DNA from: a virus
Direction: 5' to 3' (one strand)
DNA: 64,000 nucleotides
Virus record (IMG/VR): IMGVR_UViG_3300044614_001341
Span: 50,608-114,607 of that record
The notes under the pieces are model-generated. The model was not told the origin of the DNA. It made no database searches and saw only the letters and a program-made list of their open reading frames with translations. Below, piece after piece: positions 26,896 to 36,636 of the stretch. How positions within the stretch are numbered: position 1 is the first letter of the stretch; each line of letters begins with the position of its first letter. A program made the translations under genes and the position numbers.

Positions 26896-28611
26896 TTATA
26901 ATTCAGTTTTATAAGAAAATCCTTTTTTCTTTTCAAATTTTAGAGTCGTATCAAACTTATCTTGAAGGTCTGTTTTATGAGAAATTACAAAAACATTAGT
27001 ATCTTTAACCACATATCTAATAATTTTTAAAAATTCATCCGCACCAAAACCATCAAGAGAAGAGTCAAAAACTTCGTCAAATAAAAGAATATTGCAATTT
27101 ACGGAGTTTTTGACTCTTGCAACTTCACGCCAAGCAAACAGCAAACTCAAATCAATTCTTGCCTTTTCACCTTCAGAAAATGAAGAGTATGAGAAATCTT
27201 CATGAATAGGTGACTTAACACTCTCATTAAATTCAGAATCCAATTCAAAATTAATATAAAAATCCATCATCTGAAGATAACGATTCACCTGCTGATTTAT
27301 AAACGGAAGATACTTCTTGATTATCTTCGTTTTAACGCCATCGTCCTTGAGTAAGGAATAGGCAAAATCGTAATAAACGATTTCTTCTTTTTTCTTTGAA
27401 AGGTCTTCGAATGTTTTTTGGAGATTGGTTTGAAATTCTTCTAACTTCTCATGCTCAGTATTTCTGTTTGCAAGGTTTTGGGTAATAGTTTGAATTTCAG
27501 ATTCAAGGTCTCGGATTTGTCTCTGGTTGAGTGAAATGCGAGTATTGTTTTGAGAAATCTCATGGTTGAGTTTCGTAATCTCCTTGGATAGAACTGCGAA
27601 TTGACGCTCTCGTTCTTGTTCTAACTTTATAGTCTCCTCAAGTTCTTGAAAACCTTTCTGGAGTTCCTTTGCTTTATTTTGAGCGTGTACAATTCTATTT
27701 AACCTAAACTCTTCTTCAATTGTTTGAGTGCAAGTGGGGCAGACCGTATTTTCTGTGAAAAACTTATGTTCTTTGGTAATAGCAGATACTTTCTGTGATA
27801 TTTTGCCCTTAAGATTGTTTAGTTTTACTAACTTATCATCGGCACCAATGAGTTCTTCCTGCTCTTTAGTATAGGTAAAAATCTGCTCTTCGGTTTTGGC
27901 ACTTTCGGTCATATAAATGCCAACTTCTGCATCTAAATTGACAATCTTTTCTTTATTGGCATTGATATTGGCATTACCACGATTTTCAAGTTCCTCAATG
28001 AAACTCTGTTGCATCTTCATCTTATCCTTAAGAGTTTCTTTCTTAAGTTCAAGAGATTTAATCTGGTCTTTTTTCTCACGAATTTTATCCTTAATGAGAT
28101 TGTTCATCGCAGAAAAAATACGAATATCCAAAAGATCTTCAATGACCTCTCGACGATTAGAAGTAGTCAATTGCATGAACGGGACAAAAGTACTACTACC
28201 CAAAATTACAATTTGAGTAAAAGACTTATAATTTACTTTAAGAATATTTTCTTCTAATATTCTTTGATTTGCCCTATCATCCGCTTCTTTATGAAGAAGA
28301 TTACCATTAACCTCAATATCAAAAATATTTGGTTTAATCCCACGACGAACAAGATAATCTCGACTATTCACAGAGAACTCAATCTCTACAAGACAATCTT
28401 TTTCGTTGGTAGTATTAACCAGTTGCGGTTTATTAATCCGCCTAAATGGTTTGTTGAAAAGAACAAAAGTAAGTGCATCCAAGATTGTGGACTTACCTGC
28501 ACCATTCGTTCCAATAATTAAATTTGTATGGTGTTTTTCAAAATCAACTTCTGTCCACTGATTTCCAGTAGAAAGAAAATTTTTCCATTTAATCTTGTGA
28601 AATACTAGCAT
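26896..28611 (-). CDS. gp46: Recombination endonuclease ATPase subunit (gp46, Rad50/SbcC-like)
   Basis: GTNGAGKST; CPTC zinc hook; FSEGE; LFDEVFD; VISH. Confidence 0.96.
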   Translation of the reverse strand: MLVFHKIKWKNFLSTGNQWTEVDFEKHHTNLIIGTNGAGKSTILDALTFVLFNKPFRRINKPQLVNTTNEKDCLVEIEFSVNSRDYLVRRGIKPNIFDIEVNGNLLHKEADDRANQRILEENILKVNYKSFTQIVILGSSTFVPFMQLTTSNRREVIEDLLDIRIFSAMNNLIKDKIREKKDQIKSLELKKETLKDKMKMQQSFIEELENRGNANINANKEKIVNLDAEVGIYMTESAKTEEQIFTYTKEQEELIGADDKLVKLNNLKGKISQKVSAITKEHKFFTENTVCPTCTQTIEEEFRLNRIVHAQNKAKELQKGFQELEETIKLEQERERQFAVLSKEITKLNHEISQNNTRISLNQRQIRDLESEIQTITQNLANRNTEHEKLEEFQTNLQKTFEDLSKKKEEIVYYDFAYSLLKDDGVKTKIIKKYLPFINQQVNRYLQMMDFYINFELDSEFNESVKSPIHEDFSYSSFSEGEKARIDLSLLFAWREVARVKNSVNCNILLFDEVFDSSLDGFGADEFLKIIRYVVKDTNVFVISHKTDLQDKFDTTLKFEKKKGFSYKTEL

Positions 28612-28864
28612 TCTTAGGAGGAATAACGATATCGTCAGGAGTGATTACAGCATAACGGTAATTATACATCTTACAAGTCTTGATTGCAAGCTCATCATCA
28701 ACTTCTACAACTTCCATTTCAGTTTCTTCTTGATCTTCTAACATCAAGGCATAACGAGTTGCATCATCTTCTTTCTCAAAAAGAAATAGGACCTTATGAC
28801 CGTACTGGTCCTGAACTGCATATGCTCCGTCGTCTTTTCTGTCCTTGAGTGTAAGAAGAAACAT
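28589..28864 (-). CDS. Conserved hypothetical protein between gp47 and gp46
   Basis: 91-aa ORF; ITPDDIVIPP C-terminus. Confidence 0.75.
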   Translation of the reverse strand: MFLLTLKDRKDDGAYAVQDQYGHKVLFLFEKEDDATRYALMLEDQEETEMEVVEVDDELAIKTCKMYNYRYAVITPDDIVIPPKNASISQD

Positions 28865-29902
28865 TTACTCTACTTCGCAAGATTGTTTATAGAGGTCTTG
28901 AAAGATTCCTTTGATGACATTCTTATCAAACTCAAACTCTGCCTCATCAATATATCTATTCAAAATTGAAATGGTGCTTTCCTCTTCATCAATTTCAAAA
29001 TCTTCACTTTCTTGAATGTCAAAGTTCTCAACAATTTTGAGTTCTTGAATGCCAGCAGTATAAAGTTTGTCGATGAATTTCTCAAAATCTTTTGGTTTAG
29101 ATTTTTTGCGAACAATCACTTTAACAATTTTATTTTCATATTCGGTAGCGTCAAATAACTGATATGGCGTATCCTCATAATAAATGTGGTAAAACAATTT
29201 ATAAGGATTATTGACTGGAATGTGTTCTAATGTTTCTGTATCAAAGATATGAAAACCGCGAGTATCATTCACATCTGTCCAGTACATTTCATAAGGATTA
29301 CCAAGATAGAAAATGCGTCCATTATCAGAACGAGTGTGGTAATGACCAGAAAATACCTTTGTGAAGTTTGAAAAAATATTCGAATCCAGTCCATGTTCCT
29401 CCATAATCAAATTTCGATTTACACGGAAACCTTTAAGTTCTAAGTGCCCCATTGCAATCTTTGCTTTGGTCTTTTTGATTTGATTGAGAGTTTCATCATA
29501 GTTCTCACTACAAATCCAGGGAACCATCATAATATCCAGACCACCAACTTTAATAGTCTGTGGAGAACTATAAGTGCGAACATTAGGATAAGTTTGAAGA
29601 AGCAAACTTGGAGAGTTAACACTATTGGTATTCTTATAATAGCAATCGTGATTACCAATAATCATATGAACATCATAATCTCGCAGAGGTTCAAATACAA
29701 CACGCTTTGCCCATTCAAGACTTTGATAATCAATTGATTTGCGACTATCAAATGCATCACCCATATGAATGACTGCCTCTACCCCATGTTCTTCAAGGGC
29801 AGGAAAGAAGACATTTTTATAGAAGAGTTCAAAGTGGTCGTGGAGGTATTTTGAACCCTTCCTTGCCCCATAATGACTGTCAGTTAAAATTGCTACCTTC
29901 AT
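28865..29902 (-). CDS. gp47: Recombination endonuclease subunit (gp47, Mre11/SbcD-like)
   Basis: TDSHYG; GDAFD; GNHD; SGHYH. Confidence 0.96.
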   Translation of the reverse strand: MKVAILTDSHYGARKGSKYLHDHFELFYKNVFFPALEEHGVEAVIHMGDAFDSRKSIDYQSLEWAKRVVFEPLRDYDVHMIIGNHDCYYKNTNSVNSPSLLLQTYPNVRTYSSPQTIKVGGLDIMMVPWICSENYDETLNQIKKTKAKIAMGHLELKGFRVNRNLIMEEHGLDSNIFSNFTKVFSGHYHTRSDNGRIFYLGNPYEMYWTDVNDTRGFHIFDTETLEHIPVNNPYKLFYHIYYEDTPYQLFDATEYENKIVKVIVRKKSKPKDFEKFIDKLYTAGIQELKIVENFDIQESEDFEIDEEESTISILNRYIDEAEFEFDKNVIKGIFQDLYKQSCEVE

Positions 29903-30417
29903 CGGTTACTGCGATACTGGATATTGTCCTTCATACTATTATACTCCGAATTGCTTCCAGAAAGCAAGTTGTCATCTATCATCATAACCTCATCAAACCC
30001 AGTTCGTTCGATAATCTTAGTCTTAATATCTAGTTGCTTCTTCTCTTTTTGAATTCTTCTCAAAAATGCGTAGTGAATGATTTGAGTAAAATAAGCAAAA
30101 GGATTCTTTGACTTCTCAGGATCAAAGTTATGAATATATTGAACACAATTTTCAATTCCGTCAGAAATCATATCCTCACGAAACATATAATTTACAAAAT
30201 TTGGTTTGTATGATAAATGAGTCGCAATTTTTAGAAAACATTCGCCAAGATAGTTTGGAATTGGTGGTTTACCTTCCCAATGCTTTCCCCTATCCTGTTT
30301 AGTTGGTGCTCTATCATACTTTTTAAGAAAAGAACTTTCAACCTTAGAGCGATAAACGATCATCGCTTCTAATAATTCTTTATTGTTTACATAATGTTCA
30401 GTTTTTTTCTTGGGCAT
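29899..30417 (-). CDS. gp55: Late-transcription sigma factor (gp55)
   Basis: HYVNNKE...LSYKPNFVNY..REDMISDG..NPFAYFTQI. Confidence 0.96.
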   Translation of the reverse strand: MPKKKTEHYVNNKELLEAMIVYRSKVESSFLKKYDRAPTKQDRGKHWEGKPPIPNYLGECFLKIATHLSYKPNFVNYMFREDMISDGIENCVQYIHNFDPEKSKNPFAYFTQIIHYAFLRRIQKEKKQLDIKTKIIERTGFDEVMMIDDNLLSGSNSEYNSMKDNIQYRSNR

Positions 30418-30449
30418 GGCATTGGACTCATTTAATATAACTTTTGTTT

Positions 30450-30500
30450 ATTATAGCATAACTAAAAAAGCTTGACAAGGTATGAAAATACGAGTAGAAT
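30450..30500. promoter_or_regulatory. Divergent overlapping sigma70 promoters
   Basis: Minus: TTGTCA-17-TATAAT with an extended TGn (toward gp55). Plus: TTGACA-17-TAGAAT. They share the near-palindromic CTTGACAAG. Confidence 0.75.
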
Positions 30501-30527
30501 TGCTTTGTTGCTTTTGAAGATAAGGAT

Positions 30528-30935
30528 CTAGCCTTCTTTAATATCCTTAAAGAGATCCTCAAGTTTCTTTCTGGCATCTTCAACAGAAGAAATATATCCC
30601 ATCTTTGATGATGGTTTTACTTTTCCTGAAGGGTTATAGACATCAATTAAAGATTCATCTTCAATATAATTATTGTAAATATCAATCAATCTCTTATCTT
30701 TAGTCTCTGTCATTGTAATAATCTTATCAAGTTTTACAATAAAGAAATCATCACTTGACATTTCTATCCAGGGTTTTACCTTAATGTGAGTTCCATGATG
30801 ATTATGAAATGCTTTCATAGTGACTGGATTTTGTAGAACAATAACTGGATCGCCATCATTTTCATCAGACATGACCAATGATAATATTTCTTCACCAGAT
30901 ATTAATTTAATAATTGCGTAAAACTCTTCACCCAT
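30528..30935 (-). CDS. Conserved protein (Sm-like fold candidate)
   Basis: FYAIIKLISGEEI start; MGYISSVEDARKKLE end. Confidence 0.78.
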   Translation of the reverse strand: MGEEFYAIIKLISGEEILSLVMSDENDGDPVIVLQNPVTMKAFHNHHGTHIKVKPWIEMSSDDFFIVKLDKIITMTETKDKRLIDIYNNYIEDESLIDVYNPSGKVKPSSKMGYISSVEDARKKLEDLFKDIKEG

Positions 30936-32398
30936 TAGTTTTTAAGCGGTATGTTTACAATATCATAATTAAAGTTTTCTTCATTATAAACTTTAATTCT
31001 TTCGATTAAATGATTGAGCGTATAATTTTTTCTTGATTTATAACTAATATCATCGGCAATGTCATACAGAGTTGCCTTTGTTTTATTGTCCCCCTTTCTT
31101 AAGACTCTTCCGATTGATTGGAGGTTTCTGATTCTTGATTTACTAGGGGAAGCAAAGATAACATTATGTAGATTTCTAATGTTAATACCAGTAGAAAAAG
31201 TCCCGTAAGAAGCAACGATGATTGCATTATTTTCTTTTTCTGTAATTTCTCTAACTTTTTCTCGGTCCTCAGTATCAACACCACCATGAACAAAGAACAC
31301 GTGACGATCTTCAGCGATATTCTTATTTATGAGTTCGTATAAAGGTTGTCCGTGACCTTCTACTCTTGAAAATAGAATCAAAGTATTACCTTTAAGATCA
31401 ATAGCAAGGTTCTTGATGAACTTGTTGCGTTTCTCGTGATTGATAATATACTGAACCTCATCCTCAAATGTTTCAAACTTATTCGGTGGGTGTTTCAATA
31501 GGAGAATGTTAATATCCAGTTTGGCAACGTGACCCTTCTGCATCAGTTCTTCTGTACGGATAATTTTGTATGAAGGTCCAAATAAACCTTCCAGAACCCA
31601 CTTGTGCGTCTGTGTGCCATCAAGTGTTCCTGTAAATCCAAAACGATATTTTGCATCAGAAAGTTTTGTCATTATAGATACTAATGACTTTGATTTAAAC
31701 TGGTGTGCTTCATCTCCAACGACCACATTGAATCTTGAAAAATATTGTCGGGGAAGTTTGTAGATGGATTGCCAGGTCGTAATGATCACCTGAGAGTCAG
31801 TTTCTCTTTCTTTACCTGCATAGATCTTGTGGCAAAATGAACCCACATCCCACCCATAATCTGCAAAATCTTTATAAAGTTGTTCTACAAGGGATGTCGT
31901 TGGAACAATTATCAAAGTATTTTGTCCTTTCTCAACGTAATATCTCACAATCGAATATATCATCAACGACTTTCCAGAAGCAGTTGGAGATATCAACAAC
32001 TTTCGATTATGTCGTAAAGCGTCGTATACTCCCTCAACTTGGTACTCGCGGGGAGAATACTTGCAGATAGAAGTCATATAGTCTTTCACACCCTCCTTTG
32101 AGATATTTTCGTTCACTTCAAAGGGAAGACCATAATACTTATTGTTTATAAACTCATAAGTATAATCCTGATTTTCACAGAACCGAGTGAGTTTATCTAG
32201 AAGACCGATATAAATCTCACCAGTCTGCGTATTGAATAGACGTATTTTTCCATCCCAATGCTTGTTGCGAAACTGGGGCATAAACTTGGCACCTGGCACG
32301 TCAAATGTGAACTGATCTGCAAGTTCGTAATAGACGTGTGGTTCTGCTTTTACCTGAAGATATACCTCATTCTTTTTAGATATAACCAAATGTGACAT
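30935..32398 (-). CDS. uvsW: DNA helicase UvsW
   Basis: SPTASGKS; DEAH; GFTGT; QSIGRVLR. Confidence 0.96.
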   Translation of the reverse strand: MSHLVISKKNEVYLQVKAEPHVYYELADQFTFDVPGAKFMPQFRNKHWDGKIRLFNTQTGEIYIGLLDKLTRFCENQDYTYEFINNKYYGLPFEVNENISKEGVKDYMTSICKYSPREYQVEGVYDALRHNRKLLISPTASGKSLMIYSIVRYYVEKGQNTLIIVPTTSLVEQLYKDFADYGWDVGSFCHKIYAGKERETDSQVIITTWQSIYKLPRQYFSRFNVVVGDEAHQFKSKSLVSIMTKLSDAKYRFGFTGTLDGTQTHKWVLEGLFGPSYKIIRTEELMQKGHVAKLDINILLLKHPPNKFETFEDEVQYIINHEKRNKFIKNLAIDLKGNTLILFSRVEGHGQPLYELINKNIAEDRHVFFVHGGVDTEDREKVREITEKENNAIIVASYGTFSTGINIRNLHNVIFASPSKSRIRNLQSIGRVLRKGDNKTKATLYDIADDISYKSRKNYTLNHLIERIKVYNEENFNYDIVNIPLKN

Positions 32399-32453
32399 AC
32401 GTTCATATCAATACAAAAATATTTATTGGCAATAAAAAAGAGGCATTTCTGCC

Positions 32454-32885
32454 TCAGTTGAATCCCGATTGGAATCTATGCCATTCCAGAGCATTTTTAA
32501 TTTGGAAAGTTCTATTAGATATACACTTAATAATTTCTTCTAAGAACTTCAACATAATGTCGTAGTATCTTATTTTGAGTTCTACCTTACTTAACTTCTC
32601 ATCACCATCCATATGCCTCTGTAGTGCCTCTTTGTCCCGAACTTTATATGGGAACGGTTCTTCTTCGTAGACCTCTATAGGCGCCTTTCCAGTGTAGTAA
32701 TTGTAACGTTCTAGTTTGACTCTATTAAAAGTCTCTCTTGCCTTTTCACGTAACAAAGTAATTGTGTTATAGATTGTATAATACTTTGAATGAAGTTGAG
32801 GAATTTTTAAAGACTCATCATGTAAATTGTCAGGATCCATAACAGAGTCTCTCTGCCACATCTCCTGGATTTCGTCAAGGTTCAT
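32454..32885 (-). CDS. uvsY: Recombination mediator UvsY
   Basis: LHSKY...YYTGK...RTFQIKNALEW; synteny. Confidence 0.9.
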   Translation of the reverse strand: MNLDEIQEMWQRDSVMDPDNLHDESLKIPQLHSKYYTIYNTITLLREKARETFNRVKLERYNYYTGKAPIEVYEEEPFPYKVRDKEALQRHMDGDEKLSKVELKIRYYDIMLKFLEEIIKCISNRTFQIKNALEWHRFQSGFN

Positions 32886-33427
32886 AAGGGTTGATTATTT
32901 TCATTGAGTATATTGTAGACAGTATACTTGAAAGTAACGTCTGCTGTAAAGTACTGAATGTCAGTTTGTGTGGAGTCAAAATCGAGAGATGATAATGAAA
33001 CTGGAAAAAGATCTTTAAATTTTACAACCGCACTAGTTTTATAGTTACTATTCAGCACATATAAACTTCCATCACTAAATGCTTGTTTAGGATCTAAAAT
33101 ACCATCAGCATCTGTAATTAAATCTTTATACTGCCCTGTTGTCTCTGGAAAACCAAGACCAGTTAACCAATTATGAATTGCCATATAATTTTCCATATTC
33201 TCATCAACGATAAATCTTAAGATTAGATCACCATATTGAATCTTTCCACCAGGAACATCAAGATCCTTTAAGTAAGTTGGTTGTTGTAAAACTGTAAGAT
33301 TTATTTCAGGTATTCTTGCAGAGTTGCAAAAAAATGGAACAGTTGGTTCTTTTGATAAGCTAAACTTGAAACCAACTGGCGATAAAAAATTTCTATTCGT
33401 AATTTGGTTTGGGAAATTACAAGACAT
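32882..33427 (-). CDS. gp3: Tail completion/sheath stabiliser (gp3)
   Basis: NFLSPVGFKF...F.VDE..ENY..IHNW...FPVSLS. Confidence 0.9.
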   Translation of the reverse strand: MSCNFPNQITNRNFLSPVGFKFSLSKEPTVPFFCNSARIPEINLTVLQQPTYLKDLDVPGGKIQYGDLILRFIVDENMENYMAIHNWLTGLGFPETTGQYKDLITDADGILDPKQAFSDGSLYVLNSNYKTSAVVKFKDLFPVSLSSLDFDSTQTDIQYFTADVTFKYTVYNILNENNQPL

Positions 33428-33430
33428 TTT

Positions 33431-33961
33431 TTACCTCTTATTGGGTTTTACTTTTGCTGTTTGCGGATTCTGAGCAGTTTTCACGTAAATTGTTCTTTTT
33501 CCAAAATCACTTGATGTAATTTTTGGATTACCTGAAACATCTCGAGCTGTTTGTAATGCCAAATCGTAGTTTGTTGAACGATTATAATCTCCAGCAGGTC
33601 CAAAATTACCAGTATCGGATACTTTAGTTGTTGCAACAGGTGCTTTTGTCCCTGGTGCCATTGTCATTTGCAGCTTTGTACCAAATGGTGCTGAAGGTTT
33701 AGTACTAGTTCTTGATGCATATGGAACGGCAACTAATCTTTGCTTATCATTAAAACGTTCTCCACTTGCTGTCAATGAACCTGGAGTATCTGCTTTACTA
33801 TAAGAACTGACCTTTACAGGTTTCCAACCATATCTTTTTTGTTCAGTATCACTATGAGATCTTGGTGTAAATTTTCCAGTTTTCTTATCAAGAACTCCTG
33901 GTTTATAGTTTTTATATGCCAAAACTTGAGATTCCGATAAAAACTCTCTAAATGTTTTCAT
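33431..33961 (-). CDS. RlpA-like double-psi beta-barrel protein with a capsid-targeting-like N-terminus
   Basis: SSY...TASGERF...PFGTK...VSDTG.F...YDL; N-terminus MKTFREFLSE. Confidence 0.7.
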   Translation of the reverse strand: MKTFREFLSESQVLAYKNYKPGVLDKKTGKFTPRSHSDTEQKRYGWKPVKVSSYSKADTPGSLTASGERFNDKQRLVAVPYASRTSTKPSAPFGTKLQMTMAPGTKAPVATTKVSDTGNFGPAGDYNRSTNYDLALQTARDVSGNPKITSSDFGKRTIYVKTAQNPQTAKVKPNKR

Positions 33962-33981
33962 CTTTTTATTTGTATTTAGAT

Positions 33982-34008
33982 AAAAAAAGAGACCCCTAAG
34001 GGTCTCTT
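33982..34008 (-). terminator. Intrinsic terminator after gp23
   Basis: AAGAGACCC-TTAG-GGGTCTCTTTTTTT. Confidence 0.85.
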
Positions 34009-34027
34009 GGTCGAGTTGTGAACTAAC

Positions 34028-35428
34028 TCACATCAGGTTAGCAACCTTGACTCTTCTGTAGTAGGTGTTTGCATTGGTGGTCAGAGCACCTGCACCTGGG
34101 TTAAGACCCTCAGCGAATGGGTTTGCAACCATTCCATAACGGGTCTTAAAGCCGATCTTAGGCTGGAAGGTGTTCTCGCCAACTGCACGTACCATCTGGA
34201 GAGGTACATATGGGCAATAGAACAGACCAGCATCATATGGGCTAGAACCCTTATAACCGACAACGTAGAACTGGTTAGCAGATACGTTTGCCGAATATGG
34301 GTCAATGTATACGCGATACTTACCTTGGAGAACACCAGCGAAGGTGTTACCGGTATCATCAACGTTCAGGTTAGCGTTGAGTGCAGGGGTGTAATCGAGA
34401 ACACCAGCCATTGCAAGTGCTGAAGCAACGTCAGCGGAGCAAAGGATAGTGTTGCCCTTTCCTCTACGAGTTTGCTGTGCAATTGCGTTTGCATCGCGCT
34501 CGATTTGGAAGATAAGACCCTTGAACTTCTCAACCGACCAACGACCGTTGGAGTCAACGTCGAGGTCAAAAGTACCAGCGGTAGCGGTATTTACTTGAGC
34601 ACCAGGCTTAGCAATCTTGTAGATGGTTCTGATAACTTCGCGGTTGATCTCAGCAAGAATCTCAGTTGAGAGAATATTTGCGAGTTCAGCCTCAGCATTC
34701 AGACCGTGGATTGCCTTGAGGTCCTGAGCAAGCTCAAGTGAGTACTCAGCCTTGAGGGCGCGTGACTTAGCGGTAACGGTGACTTTCTCAATCGAGAATG
34801 CCATCTGGTTAAACGCATCAGATTCGCCAAGCGATTCTGCGTTGTCAGTTCTCATGCCCTGACCGACGTTGTAGATATCAGCGCCGGTAGCGTTAGCAGT
34901 CTGGTTTGTTGGACTTAGAACTGAAGGGTTGAGACCTTGCTGGGCAGTAGTACCCATACCAACAGCACCACTCGTCCATCCTTCGACTTGATCGAACGAT
35001 GCACTCTGACCAGAGAATGCTGAATCTACTTCGTTGTAGAAGGTTTCAGTTCCAGACTGGTTGGTGTAGCGTGAACGCATTGCGAAGATCAGTCCGGTAG
35101 GACCGTTCATTGGTTGAACGCCACAGAGATCATAGGCGATCAGGTTAGGCATCGAACGACGGATCAGTGAGATCAGTACGGGATCGAAACCTTGCATAGC
35201 GCCGGTGCTACCAGCACTAAATCCAGTACCAGCTCCAGTGCTGGTTCCTGTGCTATTAGTTGGTGACTCATAGAGGAACTCGCGCTCTTCGCGGATGATT
35301 CTCTCTTGGTTTTCGAGCAGGATTGCGGTTACAGCTCTACGATGTGAATCTTTGATAGGATCCAGACCGTCGTAGTCTAGGAGCGGTGCCCACTTCTCCT
35401 GCAATTGCTCGGTATTGAACATTTGCAT
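34028..35428 (-). CDS. gp23: Major capsid protein (gp23)
   Basis: GVQPMNGPTGLIFAMR; KSRALKAEYSLELAQDLKAIHG; FKTRYG. Confidence 0.98.
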   Translation of the reverse strand: MQMFNTEQLQEKWAPLLDYDGLDPIKDSHRRAVTAILLENQERIIREEREFLYESPTNSTGTSTGAGTGFSAGSTGAMQGFDPVLISLIRRSMPNLIAYDLCGVQPMNGPTGLIFAMRSRYTNQSGTETFYNEVDSAFSGQSASFDQVEGWTSGAVGMGTTAQQGLNPSVLSPTNQTANATGADIYNVGQGMRTDNAESLGESDAFNQMAFSIEKVTVTAKSRALKAEYSLELAQDLKAIHGLNAEAELANILSTEILAEINREVIRTIYKIAKPGAQVNTATAGTFDLDVDSNGRWSVEKFKGLIFQIERDANAIAQQTRRGKGNTILCSADVASALAMAGVLDYTPALNANLNVDDTGNTFAGVLQGKYRVYIDPYSANVSANQFYVVGYKGSSPYDAGLFYCPYVPLQMVRAVGENTFQPKIGFKTRYGMVANPFAEGLNPGAGALTTNANTYYRRVKVANLM

Positions 35429-35478
35429 TTGGTTTTTACCTCTTTAGAAGTGTTAGTTTGATTGTTATGATTTAAAAA

Positions 35479-36636
35479 TCACTTTTTAGAAACTCTTTGG
35501 AGAGTCTGAAGATATGCACCCATGGTGCCACCGACTGATTGAATATTCAAATTGGTTTCCTCAGACAAATTTTCACTAGCGTTTCTTTGAGCACCAGTAG
35601 TTCTGGTTGGGAAGTATGATTCCCTCAGAGTTACCAGTTTCTCACGATAGCTCTCTTCACCATCAAACTCAACATTTTCGGCAAGAGAAGCGAGTTTGTC
35701 CTTCTGAGAAAGTGCAAGCCCCTCAGCGACATCTGCAAAAATTACATCAGCAACTGACTCCGCTAATCTTCTATTCAGAGCAACATTTCTTTCGATTTGC
35801 TCGTTGAGTTTTCCTTCCATTTCATCAAGTTTATCTACCATATTCTCGATTACATCATATCTATCTTCAGGGATTGTTACATAATGATCTTCAAAAAGTT
35901 GCTTCATTCCAACAAGGAATGATTCAGTCATTTCGGTCTTAAGACCGTGCTCAACTGCGAGTGCATTTTCTTGGATCCACTCGTCAGCAACATACTCAAG
36001 ATAAGCATCAACTCTACTGGTGAGGCTTTCCTTGATTGCTTCGATTTCTTCTACAAGTGTATGCTCATAAGCATTTTGTAGAGACTCTTTGATTTCAACA
36101 ACCTTTGATCTGATTGCTGCTTCAAAAATAGTACGTGCTTTTTCTTGGAACTCTTCGGAGAGTTCTTCGCCAGCAAGAAGAGCATTGACATCTTCATCGA
36201 TGTCGAACTCTTCTTCCATTTTCTTTTTGCCCTTTTTCTTGCCACCCTCTTCTTCTTCCTCTTCCTCTTCCTCTTCCTCCTCCTCTTCCTCTTCCTCCTC
36301 AGCCGCCTCAGCAACTACTTCCTCTTCATCTTCGAGAATCTCTTCTTCATCAATAAGATCCTCATCCTCTTCAGTCTCTTCCTTTGCCACAGTCTTCATA
36401 GGTTCAGCAGCCGCTGCCTTGGCATTGACTACATTTCTTACCTGAGCAAGAGTTGGAGTTTTGAGATGTGCTGACTCGTCATCTGGACGATAATTTTCTG
36501 GAGTAGGACCACCAAGATCTTCCCAACCAGCAGTTTGACCTGGAGTTGCTCCAGTTAATTTGTGCATTGGTTCGGCAGGTGCAGCCCCTTTGGTTACTAC
36601 GTTTTCCATTTCTTGTAAATTTCTACCAACGGACAT
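35479..36636 (-). CDS. gp22: Prohead core scaffold protein (gp22)
   Basis: LSEEFQEKARTIFEAA; YLEYVADEW; lies between gp21 and gp23. Confidence 0.93.
   Translation of the reverse strand: MSVGRNLQEMENVVTKGAAPAEPMHKLTGATPGQTAGWEDLGGPTPENYRPDDESAHLKTPTLAQVRNVVNAKAAAAEPMKTVAKEETEEDEDLIDEEEILEDEEEVVAEAAEEEEEEEEEEEEEEEEEEGGKKKGKKKMEEEFDIDEDVNALLAGEELSEEFQEKARTIFEAAIRSKVVEIKESLQNAYEHTLVEEIEAIKESLTSRVDAYLEYVADEWIQENALAVEHGLKTEMTESFLVGMKQLFEDHYVTIPEDRYDVIENMVDKLDEMEGKLNEQIERNVALNRRLAESVADVIFADVAEGLALSQKDKLASLAENVEFDGEESYREKLVTLRESYFPTRTTGAQRNASENLSEETNLNIQSVGGTMGAYLQTLQRVSKK
36247..36300 (-). repeat. GAG/GAA microsatellite encoding 18 consecutive Glu in gp22
   Basis: 54 nt of GAR codons, mostly (GAGGAA)n. 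Confidence 0.9.

Noticed and set aside
26896-27270. AT-rich, divergent-looking 3' end of gp46 as a relic homing conversion tract
   Set aside because: There is no adjacent endonuclease, and it cannot be supported without alignments
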